The notes under the pieces: model-generated | What the model was told of the DNA's origin: nothing | Seen by the model: the letters and a program-made list of their open reading frames with translations, nothing else | The model's database searches: none | Part shown: in pieces, positions 31,791-43,036 of the stretch | Position numbering within the stretch: the first letter of the stretch is position 1 | How the letters are laid out: the number at the start of each line of letters is the position of its first letter | Made by a program: the position numbers and the translations under genes | Assembly (NCBI GenBank): GCA_036172245.1 | Contig: JAYWIR010000167.1 | Location: 1-48,214, forward strand | Length of the DNA stretch: 48,214 nucleotides | Origin: Raillietiella orientalis | Lineage: Eukaryota | Direction of reading: 5' to 3'

Positions 31791-34700
31791 GCGTCGAAGC
31801 AGGTCTGTGGTATTCTCCTGAGGACGACGAAGTGCCGAAGCAACTCTCCGCCATAACTCCGGCAAGTCAGTACACTCAAGGAGCAGGTGCGTAAGCGATT
31901 CTATCGCCCCGCACGTGAGGCAGTTCGGGGAGACGACTCTTCGTGTAACCAAGTTTCGGCGCTTATTGCACTTGAATCCCCTGTGCAGAAAAAGAAAAAC
32001 ATCCTATTTCTATCGAAGCGGGAACACGGAGCTGTATACACACAAGGAAGTGACCACGAGATCTTGGGTGAGTAATCCAAGAACCTCACTCCAAAGAAGA
32101 AGTTTCTTTGCCAGGTAACGTGGAGTGGCAGCGTCTTCCAACTCGCTCGTTCTGCAGCCGCTCAGCAGTCTTCCCACTCCTGCAATACTGCAGAAGAACT
32201 CCCACCTTGCCGGTTGGCTACTGTCGTTGTATGCCCTGAGAGCAGACAGCGCTGCGGCGATGGGTGCGACGACTATCCGGGACCAAAGCGACCAGTCCTG
32301 TGGGATCACTCCTAGCGGATTGCGTAAGAGGCCCTGTAAGTGTCACAGTTGCTCTGAGCGCACATCCAAAGTGGACGTCCAGTGCTTTAGAGCTAACTGC
32401 TGCCAAGCATTCAGATTGGAGGGGCGGCAGGAAATCCAGGAATGGGCTAACAGCAACGAGGACAAGTGCCTCAGTGGGTAGCCAAATCCAGTTCTCCGGC
32501 GAAGGTTGCGCAGCAGCAACGAAACCAATCCTGCACTGCCGACACATCGCTGGAGAATATGACGAGCCGGAGCACACCAGTGACTAGACCACAATTTCCC
32601 ACATAGGGATAGAATCCGGAACTGCACTTGCAGTCCAATCTTCTGGTTGGTCAGGAAGCCCAGGCCTGCGTCCTGGCATGGCGCTACCAAATCTTTAAGG
32701 CGAATTCTGGATCGAGCAGCGCCCCACAAGACCTTACGTAGGAAACGCTGCGCCCGGAGTTTAACCACATAGGGCGGCGGGCAGACAAAAAATAAAGGGC
32801 GGAGGCGGGGTGCGAAAAAAGTGTTCCATATGCACGCCCTTTTCGGCAAGACGAACTTGCCTTCCAGGAACGGACCTAGAGCCATCTCTGCCTTTTGAAG
32901 ACAGGCCGACCACGATTCAGACTAGCAGAAGTCGCCCAACGGTAAGCCAAGGTACTTGAACTACCTGACCGTGGGGATCCTCAGGCGGATCCAGTCGGCC
33001 TGTCCCTCCCACGACACACCCACCGGCACGACGGAGCACTTCGCCCTGTTAACGCTCATGCCCGCTCCACGACGGATCAGCTCGAAGTAGTCTCGGACCG
33101 AGTCCGGCGTAGAAGACATGGGCAACAGAAGCAGAAGGTCGTCGGCGTATGCTGCCGCGGACGGAGTGCGCGGAGAGGCGCTGGGCAGGACGGCCAGCGT
33201 CACCCTGTACGCTTTTAGCACCAACTCAAAGTAGATGCTGAAGAGCAACGGAGTTGAGCTGTAGCCCTGTCTGATGCCTCTGCGCACGGCCACTCCGTAC
33301 ACGCGGGAGCCACTGAAATACAAGTTGATAATCGCGTGGCGCCAGCAGGAACACAAGTACAGGAGAAGATGATTCGTTAGCCCAAGACGTTCGAGGGGCA
33401 CCAAGAGGAGTTCCTGGTTAACGCAGTCGAATGCTTTGTGCAAATCTGCTTCTAGTGCCAAGGCTCTCGGCCTTTCTCCCGTCCGTCCCCACTAACGCAC
33501 GCAGTCGGCAGGAGGTCTTGACTCTGTTCGGCTATCCGCCGCAACGCGCTCTTGATGCTGCCACCACGTGCGCGCGAAAAGCAGGTTTGCATCCATGGAT
33601 CTACCCGGTACAGCGTAAGACTGCTCCGGGCTTACCACGGACTCCGCGACTTTCCCTAAACGCGTGAACCACAGCTTCGAAAACAACTTGACGTCCGTAT
33701 TCACTAATGTGATCGGACGCCAGTTGTTGAGTTGGCGCAGATCCCTTCCTTTCGGAAGGAGACTCACCTTGCTGAGCGGAATTAAGAAGGGACATCGCCC
33801 GTCACCCTCATCAGCGTCGAGATTCTAAGAACCAGTGGGCGAGTTCCGCCGCGTAGCTCTGATAGAACTCCGCGGGCAGTCCGTCCTCACCTGGCGTCTT
33901 CCGTCTCTTGAGTCCTGCGATGGCGGAAGAAACTTCCTCCAACGTGTAGGGCTCGTCGAGACGATCGCGTTCCTCCTCGCCGATGCCATATGCAGCTTGC
34001 GGCAAAAGTAGTTCGGAGAGGACTCTTTCCGTCGGGGAATTACCGTAGAGCAAGGAGAAGTAACGCTTTAGTGCTCGCCGCACTTCGGCAGGAGCCTTGC
34101 ATGCCCGGCCTTGGTCGTCGAGCAGAATAGCCGCTCCAGACTTCCAGACCTGGCGCTCGGCTCTCGCCTTGTACTCTGCGAGTTGCCGGGCTTCCGCACG
34201 TCTCGAGAAGGTCCGCGCCTGCAGAAATGCTCTGCTATTGGCCACGCCTTCCCCGAAGCCGCGTGGTAGCAGGTGCAGGGGGAACCGGTCGCAAAACTCG
34301 CGAACCGATCTTTTAAGATGGTCCCAGTCTGCGAGTTCCCGAATGGCAAAGCCGCGAAGGAACTAACAAAGATGCTCCGCCGCTTCCGGGTGACTCAGCC
34401 AATCCGCCGACATCCTCCAAACATTGTTTGGAGGTCGCTTGCCCGGCAGGAGTAGCTCGAACTCCAGCCTATCATAGTTCGATAATGTGGACGGCACCCT
34501 GCCTCTCCTTCCCACTCGCGAGAGTAGGTATTCATCGAGGTAGAGGCGATCCACACACCTTTCCAGTCTAGGCTCGCCGGCTTCTAAGTTACGCGCGTGC
34601 ACCGACGCGCATGGCTCTTCCACCCGCGACCGTTCCGCCAGGGACCGCGTCTCGTTGGAAAGCAGGTGGACGTTGAAGTCCCCTGCGACGAGATGCATCA

Positions 34701-35830
34701 CTCTGGCTCCGGAGTTTCTAAGCCATTGGCTCTCCAGCACGTCGAAGAACTCGATTCTTTCGACACGCTGATGAAAGCCGCTCTGCGCGTATACGTTCGT
34801 TACGACGAGGTCGATCGAATCTGACCACTTGAGTACAAGTTGGCCCATTCGCCCTTCCTGGTCGAATCGAACGCTGCGCAACGCTCCCGCCATCCTACTA
34901 TTGACGTGAAAACCGACTTCGCACGATTGTGCAGAACTTTCTCGCCAGTACAGAATGCCACCCGCGCGCTGTTCGATTTCGGCAACCTCCGCATCGGAGA
35001 TGTAATGCATCTCCTGAAGGATCGTCAAACCGGAATGTCGCAGGGTGTCTGACACGTCGCGCCTCTTTCCGTCCCTGCGCAGCCCATTGACGTTCCAACA
35101 GGCTACGCTAAATCGACGAAAAGGGGCAACTTCCAGCATTAAGGCTGATGAGGTGAGCACAGATTTCTCGCCTTGTCCGGCGAGTGGTCACTAGACAGAG
35201 CGGTCGATCTCGGAGACTAGACATCTTCATTGGAAGCCGCTCTGCTTGTTGCCGGTAGCCCAGTGGTGAGGTCATTTTCCTCCACTGTGCTCCACAGTAA
35301 CAGTTCCTCCTCGGCAATCACGCGCTTGCAGGTCTTCGGGTGGGGATTGCGCAGTTTCTTGCGGTTGTCGCGCTGTGTGCTCTTTCTCTTGGACTCTGGA
35401 TCAGAATTCGACAGTCGAGTGCTTGCCAGGCGCTGCTGCTGTTTCCCGGAATTAGGGAAATCGTTCGCTGCCTGTTTCGTAGAGCTTTCTGCAACTGCGG
35501 CTGGGACTTTATTCCTTTTAGCCGCAGCAGCAGCTTCATGCTCCATCCGCTAAAGGACGACTGCGCAGGAGGAAAGAATCGCAATCTTTTTCTGGGTAGG
35601 TTTCGCGGGTTCCCTTCGCACACTCACCTTCACACAGAGCTGCGAAGAACTTGATGGTTTCTTTCTAATGACCTTTCTCGCCAGCAACCAGCCGTCTTCC
35701 TGCGTGTCGCAGTTATCTTTGCCATCCTGAGATGGCGCTGCTTCCACGGATGTAAGAGGCGTTGCCTTGGCTGCCTCTTGGAGTGCTGCCTCCACGCAGG
35801 CGTAAGCAACTCCTCTAGCGATCGCGAGAG
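31790..35830 (-). mobile_element. LINE copy E, 3' part (ORF1 tail + degenerate ORF2 from ATG 35139, lacking the last codons and 3' UTR)
   Basis: TAATG at 35141-35137, then MLEVAPFRRFSVACWNVNGL, GDFN, KTPGEDG, DLHKAFD, YADD, CLTC..HLLLEC; many stops and frameshifts. Confidence 0.88.
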
Positions 35831-36015
35831 CCTTGCGCATGGGCGGTATCGCCGCCGCTGAACGAAAGGGAGGCGTGATTATTGCTAGTTTAAAACTATA
35901 CCCAATACCCCGCCAAGGCAGTGTTTAAAACCACTGCCAAGGCAATTTCTGAGTGCCCTGAGAGGGAAAGTGTTTGAGTGAACGCCAGTGTGGAAAGAGT
36001 GCAACCGGGGACCAT

Positions 36016-36034
36016 CAGCAGCAGCAGCAGCAGC
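36016..36034 (+). repeat. (CAG)6 microsatellite in the A3 5' UTR
   Basis: cagcagcagcagcagcagc read directly. Confidence 0.8.
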
Positions 36035-36094
36035 GCCGAGAAGTCCACGGTGGAAAACCTGCAGTCGTCCCGAGCAGCCGGAACAGCTGCCAGG

Positions 36095-37887
36095 ATGCAG
36101 GCATCTGGAGTTAGAGGAGTGGTGAGGCCATCGTCCTCCATGGAAGCCATAGAGGTAACGTGCGGCAACGGTGAGGTGGCAGCAGGCATGCCGAGGATCG
36201 CGCCCGCGGCGGGCTTTGCTGCGCCGGCGGCGGCGATGCCAAGTGTCGTGCCCGCTGCGACGACGGCGGAGGTCGTGCCCGCGGCGGCGACGCCGAGGAT
36301 CGTGCCCGCGGCGGGGAAGGTCGCGCCTGCGGCGGCGATGGCGAGCGTGCCGCCCGCGGCGGTAAAGGCGGCAACGTACAGGTTTGCGCCCGCGGCGGCG
36401 ACGTCCCATGCGGGACCCGCGGGCGACCACGCGGTGCAGAGAGTGACGTTATGTTGTTCGGATGCGGCGCCGCAGCCCTTTTCTTATGCGTTGGTGGCGG
36501 CTGGACAGACGAGTGTCCACCCACCTAGGAAATTTGGTAAGCCGCTTAGCGGAAAAGTTCTGTGAACATTGAACCGACCAATAGTAGAAATGGGTCCCAA
36601 CGTGAAGCCCATTATCTTCAAGACCGGGCTAATAAAATTTAATAACATCAGGGAGGTCTATTTGTCCCTCGACAAGACGGACATAGACTTTGATCGCATT
36701 CAGAAGATCATTCCATCGAACAACGGGTTCGCAGTCTTTACAGACTGTGAAAACATTAGAGAGCGATTGATCCAGAAGGGGATCAATATACAAGGACGGA
36801 TGGTTTGTGGTATTGGCGAGATGCCATACACAACCGTCTTTTTTAACGGCATCAACATCCTCAAACCGCAACTAGCAGTGTGGAATTACTTGGAGCAGTT
36901 TGGGGAAGTTCTGGACCTTGATTTCCAGAACTTCTCTGGAAACATATTTTCTGGCCACATGATCCCCAAGATGAAGTTGAGGGAGGGAGCGATGATCCCT
37001 GGATTGGCCGTTATTGGCGAACAATCCCAGGGAGTGGATGTGCGTTACCGGCAACAACCGGTATTCTGCACCGGTTGCAAGCAGTTCGGCCACAGGGCCG
37101 GCGCTTGCCCAATTTGCCGCTGCTTTCGCTGCGGCAAAGTAGGACATCAAGACCGAAACTGCCCGCAGCCGGAGGTGTGTTTCTTCTGCAAGAAACACAG
37201 ACATGCGAAAAGAAGCTGTCCGGAGTTTGAAACCTGCAGAAGGATCCTAGGTCTCTCTATCGTGAGAGAGAGAAACACCAAGGAGGCGGCAAAGCCTCAG
37301 AAGGCAATAAGGCCGAAGAAGTTGAAAGAAGCCGTTCCGGTGTCGGCGGACGGCTTCATAGAAGTGGGAAAGAAAAAAAGAGGAGGATGCTCGTCAAGGA
37401 GCAAGGAACTCCTCAAATCCTGGAAGCAGCAGAGCAGGAAGGCGAGAAGATGGAGGTAGCGCAGGAAAGCGCGAAGGAAGAGAGATAGGAAGGCACTAAA
37501 GTGTCGCAGAAGGCTCTGCAGACCACGGAGGAGTTGGCAACGCTGGCGGAGGAGATCATGGAGGTGCAGAGCGGCCCTCAGCAAGAGAAAATCTTAAAGA
37601 AGATCTGCAATGCACAAGAGAACATCAACCAGCTTGTGGAGGTCGCTGAACGCGAGAAGTTAGAGGAACAGCTTCTCGACGTGAAGGCGAGCTTCTGCGC
37701 CAAGGTCGAGATAGAGGCGCCATCTCGAAAATTGATCGCGCGGGCGGAACACTCTACGGAGGAGGCGGAAATTACCGACCTCACAGGTACGGAGAGTGAC
37801 GCCAGGAGCGAGAAGCCCGCTGCTTCTTCATTGTCTGGAAGAGCACGCTCTCTCATACAGAAGAAGCTCAGGAAGGCCAAGAAATAG
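36095..37887 (+). pseudogene. A3 ORF1 with three CCHC knuckles, disrupted
   Basis: CTGCKQFGHRAGAC, CFRCGKVGHQDRNC, CFFCKKHRHAKRSC; stop at 36563-36565 and a frameshift near 37380. Confidence 0.88.
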
Positions 37888-37900
37888 GTCTTCCCCTTTT

Positions 37901-40900
37901 ATGACCTCTTCCATATCGACCGCCAGGTGGCTGAACATCGCCTCCTGGAACGTAAACGGTGTGGTCGACCAGGGAAAAAGAAGAAGGATTGTGCGGACCA
38001 TGGCACAAAAGTTCATCGTGTGCCTGCAGGAGACGCACAGGATGGGTCTCGAGATCAGCCAGCGAATGGAACGGCGATTCAACGGGCAGATGTACGTCAG
38101 CGAAGGAGAACGCAACACGATGGGTGTGCCGGTGCTAATAAAGAACCACTTAGCCTTCACTATTCTGGAAGTGTTCTGTCCCCAACCCAGACGAACCATC
38201 GGCGTGCGACAGGCCTGGTCCGCAACTGTTCACCTTATCCTGGTGAACGTGCACGGGCCGCAAAGCCTAAAACATCGTTGTGCAGAGGCGCTGCATGCAG
38301 CACTCCTGCAAAAGGTCGCCCTTAAGGACGTAGTGATTGTTGCTGGCGATCTCAACATTTTGAATGAGATTATTCATTCAGAAGACGCCAAGGAAGGACG
38401 GCGTGTGGAAGGCTATCCGAAGAGTTCGGACTGGTCTGGCGAACAGCAAGCCACAAGCCGATCGATCACGTCCTGCACAGTACCGAACTTAGGAACCGCA
38501 TCCAGGGGTTTCGCGACACTATGACTACGGTGTCCGATCACCCCCTGGTGCGTTTTTCCCTAAGAACGGAGAATCCTCGGTGGAGCCAAGGCACCAGGGC
38601 GGCGCTCATCAGCATGCCCGCCTGGTTCGAAACCCATCCCGGACATCAGGCTGCCCTGGAGGCGATTTTGAGGGCAACAACAATCCGAAGAGTCGCCGAC
38701 TGGGACAGCCTGAAACACAGGATACACCTGTTTGCGAACATGCAGTTCGGGGATAGGCGCTTGAGGCAAGAGGCGTACCGGGAGCTGAACATCCAAGATC
38801 GCTCCCTGTGAAAGTACTTCGGTCAGTACGAGAGTCAGGACGTCTTCAATAACATAAAAGGGGAAGTCGGCGTGCTGGAGGAGAGAAATTTGGCAACAGA
38901 TATCTTCTGCATCCAGTACGACGGCCAAAAGCGACAGTAGTCTGAGGACATCGCGGATGCCTTTCACAGGCATTACGCGAAACAGTTCAGGCGACTACAT
39001 CCGTGTCGCTCTGGTCAACAGGCCTTTCTGAGCTACCTCGAGAAGGGGACCGACGACCTCCAGCGGAACAGACTCGAGAAGGAGTTCTCCGAAGAAGAGG
39101 TGAAGACTGTGTTTGGGCAACTTCGCAAGGACGTGGCAGCGGGCACTGACATTGTACCCATCACGCACTATCAGCGGTACCTGCACGCCTACCTGCGCTT
39201 GTTCCACCAGTTGACCCTCTGCATCCGGGAGGAAGGCAGACTACCTCAGTCCTTCTACGAGAGTCGGATGAGATTGGTGCCGAAAGGAGGCAACTCAACC
39301 CAGATCGCCCAATGAAGGCCAATCTCGATCCTAAACTCCGATGCCAAGTGGTTAGCGAAGATCTGGTCCAACCGCTTAGGCAAGATCATGTTGAGGCTGA
39401 TATCTCCGGTCCAGACATGTGCAGTCCCAGGACGACACATGTCGTGGAATGTGAAGTGTGCCCAGGCCACTGTTGGACTCAGTCGATACGTCGGCGAGAA
39501 CCTGGTGATGGTGTTCACTGACATGGAGAAGGCTTTCGACTCCATCGACCACGGGATGCTGCTGAAGGTTCTGGGGAAGCTAGGGATTCCGGAACACTTG
39601 AGCAACTTCGTGAAGGCGGTACTCCAGAACCAGTACTGGCGGATCAAGGTCAACGGCCAGGAGACGGCAGCAATCAGGATGGGACGAGGAGTCCAACAGG
39701 GCGACTCGCTAAGTCCGATGCAGTTTGTCATCTATATGGAGGCGTTGTCGTCCTTTATCGAGAAGAGCGGACGACTGAGCGGGATTACCATCGATGGCCA
39801 GCGTCTTACCCATCCGGCATACGCCGATGTTCTACTCTTCTTTATCAAGGGAGAGAAAAATCAGCGTGCGTTTCTGGATGTGGTGGACCTGATGCAACAG
39901 GTCTTGGGCTCAAAAATCAATTATCAGAAGAGCCAGCTGTTGCCCGTCGGAATCCTGAACCTCTTCACTCTAACCGGTAGTGGATTCCGTACGGTGGACA
40001 CGGCCAAGTATCTGGGAGTCTCCATCGGCGACAGCTCTGCGTCGAAGCTGCTGTGGAAGGAAATCCTAATGAAAACGGCCAAATAAGCAGCGAACTACAC
40101 TCGAACGGACCTTGGGATGAAGCGAAAGGCCAGCATATGGAACGGAGTACTCCTTCCGAAAGTGCTCTTCGGGGCGGCCTTTGCGAGGATGAACAAGGAC
40201 ACTACTAGGGAGTTCGAGAAGCTGCAAAGAAAAACACTCTCGGGCCACTATCGCCCAAGAGTAAGACTGAAACCCCTGTGTCGTGCCAGGGAAGATGGCG
40301 GTTCCGGGATGAAGTCTCTTGCACATTCCATGGAAATCATGGATACGCGACACATCCTGGACATTGCCACTCACTGGGATGACTGCCCGTATGCGGCGCA
40401 CAGGGCCTACGCGTTGTTGCTTAACAACTCGAAAGGCCTGATGACTGCGCTGCTAGGCAAATTAGGGGAATGGAAAAAATTCGATGCAACCTGGAGGAGG
40501 AAGCAACGGCTGGTGCGGAAGCACCAAATCAAGATCGTGCCGCGAAGCAGGGAACTCTGTCAGGACGAGTCCATTCTGGTGATCCCTTGGATGCTTCCTG
40601 TCCCGCCGGACACGAGAAGCTGGATCTACCAGCGGTCCAGAGTTACCCTACTGCAAATCCAGGAGTGGAGGCGAGGAGGCTACCTACATCAATCTCGTAT
40701 ACTTAGGTATACAGAGATGATGTTAGGAAATTTTACCCACTGGACCCGCGAAGTGTGGTTCAACCACAACGTCTTCGCATCTTCGAGGGTAACCAGAACA
40801 AACCTCCAAAGGCTTATCCAAGAAAACGACCGTGACACCAGTGCCATCCAGGAAGCCACCGAACGCTACGGGAGTGAACGGTTCATCCTGTTAGCGATCG

Positions 40901-41418
40901 GCACGACGCTCTGGAGGAGTGATTTTCCGCCGGGAACCCAGGATGACCTCCTGATGTTTTATTACGGAGGAATCCAGAGTGGGTCAAGATTGCAGCACTT
41001 CACAGGAAGACGGGAAGATCGAGACTGCACAGCATGTGGAGACATCGACACGAGACTTCACGTCTTGACGTGTCCCACATTGCTGCATGACTGGCTGATC
41101 CTGAAAAGGATCATAGGACTTACCAACAAGTCTGTTATGGAGATCCTCGCCGGGATGTTTCAGGGGGATGGTAATGTTCCCTGTTACAATCCCATGGTGA
41201 GGACGACCATAGCCCTCTTCATCACCGTCATACTTGTGCGGTGGTGGAAAATGAGGAAAGCCAGGAGAGCCGCACCACCAATGGAGATCCTACAAGGGCT
41301 CTTGAAGAGGGAAATCGGCATCAGGAACTGCGGGAAGATCCACGCCTGGACGTACCAATTCATCCTGAAGAGAATCCAGGACGACGCCCGGGACCATCCA
41401 GCTGGAATACCCGTCTGA
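37901..41418 (+). pseudogene. A3 ORF2 (EN-RT-CCHC), disrupted
   Basis: Fragments 37901-38524, 38521-38811, 39388-40086 (DMEKAFD, YADV) and 40117-41418 are colinear with A1. Confidence 0.9.
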
Positions 41419-41554
41419 AAAGCAGAACTCCAGTGCAACCCAAGGACCCCCAAGTGCAAAATGTTTGTATTGAGTGAATGAGAGTGCGAATGTAAATATT
41501 GTATTTTTATAGAAAAATAAACTTACCATATCCCTTGTGGGACTTAGGGAAACT

Positions 41555-43036
41555 TAGCGTTCGCGAGAGGCGCTGCCTCTTCCAGATCGGAGGGATCGCG
41601 CGTTGACTTTGCGACCGTTGGGGGCACTGCTGTAGCGGTTGTTCTCTCCCTAGCAGTTTCTTCCTTGGCCGCAGTAGGCGCTGCGTCCGCGCGCGAGGAC
41701 TGCGGGTTTGCCTGCTGTTTCTCAGCTGCACACGGTGCCTGGGGCACCTTGGGCGCGGTAGCTTCAGATGGCGCGGTGTTCTTTGCTCGCGGGCGCGTTT
41801 TTCCCGTATCGTGCGAAGGACCGCATTCCGCGCCGCTCGTCGAGGCCTTGCTACGAGGCTTCGCGGTCGTGATGCCGACAGTACGAGGCTCTTTGACCTT
41901 CGGCACAATTTCTCCTGCATTCAACAATTGGCTGCAAGGTCTCGTAGAAGGGTCGCATTCTTCGCGAGTTTCCTTCGGGTCGATAGCCGGAGGCTTTGGC
42001 ACGACGAGTTTTTTTGTGTTTTTACCCCTTCTTTGTGGTTGCGAGAAACAGTTTTCTGAACGTGCGTGGTCGCGGTTTTCGCAACGCTTTTCGAAGCTTT
42101 GATGTTTCTTTCTCTCGATTCGCGGCGATTATTCCGCAATGCGGAACGCGATTCGTTCGTGCGCTTTTCGTTTTTTAAAAAAAGCTCTAAGAACGTTTAT
42201 TTAGTGTGCCCGTGCTCGTGGCAGTAGCGGCAAGCGGCCGAGGAACACTTCGTAATGCGATGACTCTCCTGTCCGCATTCCGCGCATACACGCGTTTGCC
42301 CGGAAAACCACAGGCGGACGGTCATTCCATCCACCTGCGGTCGCGTGTGCATTGCACGGCGATCCGTCATTGTCACTCGCACTTGCGCGAGCCCGCTGTG
42401 GTGGTCTTCGAACCCTTCAGCAGGGTTTGGCAACCTCCAAAGCGCGTGGACGGTAGCGAATTTTTCAAGGGCCTCCACGACCTGGCGGTCCCAAAGGCCC
42501 TTACATACTCCACTGAGCCGGACAACGAACGACTGGTCCGTTGTGACAGGGAGTATCTCCTGCCCACGAATGAGCAGCGGCGTGTGCAGCAAACGTTGCG
42601 TAAGGAGAGCGTCCTTACTGGACCACTCCCAGTATCCGCACCCACTCATGGGCATGATGGACACCAGTTGGCCTTTTTGAACTCCAATCCGTTGGAGTTC
42701 CTGGCCAAACTCGCGCCCAACCCGCTCAGACATAAGCTCACTTACCTTATACCTGAGTGCAGACGTGTAGTTATTTCCTACATACGCCTGAAGTTCAGGG
42801 CTGTCGGGCGAAGGTCCCATCGTAGCCGCGAGGGCAGCGACCTGGGAGAATGTCCCCGCCGTCGGCGAGGACAGAGGCTTTTGCTAGTAGCCGAAGCAGC
42901 CATCTCAGGAGCAGGTTGCGTTCCCTTCTTGCGGCTGATGTTCTTCTTTCCTCCCATTGCAGCATAGAAGAATAGCAGAACAAAAACACACAAGAGCCAA
43001 TCTATTGCGAAGCGACGCAAAAGCACGTCCGTACGC
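41555..43036 (-). mobile_element. LINE 5' part (5' UTR + degenerate B-type ORF1, start ~42957); probably the 5' half of element E
   Basis: ELQAYVGNNYTSALRYKVS..., CAECGQESHRITKC, CRYCHEHGHTK; 5' end GCGTACGGACGTG; the candidate TSD links it to 35830. Confidence 0.83.

Larger units (their letters stand above)
35831..41554 (+). mobile_element. Family A LINE copy A3, full-length and degenerate, inserted antisense into ORF1 of E; probable 15-bp TSD TAGCG(A/T)TCGCGAGAG (35816-35830, 41555-41569)
   Basis: ORF1 36095-37887, ORF2 37901-41418, AATAAA 41516-41521 plus hairpin. The E ORF1 frame reads LANA / LAIA across the two repeats. Confidence 0.88.

Noticed and set aside
41519..41530. ACTTACC resembling the U1 snRNA 5' end, a possible Tx1-type snRNA target
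   Set aside because: Only a 7-nt match, not kept in A1/A2 (ATTTACC), with no further U1 sequence; it is part of the element terminus.
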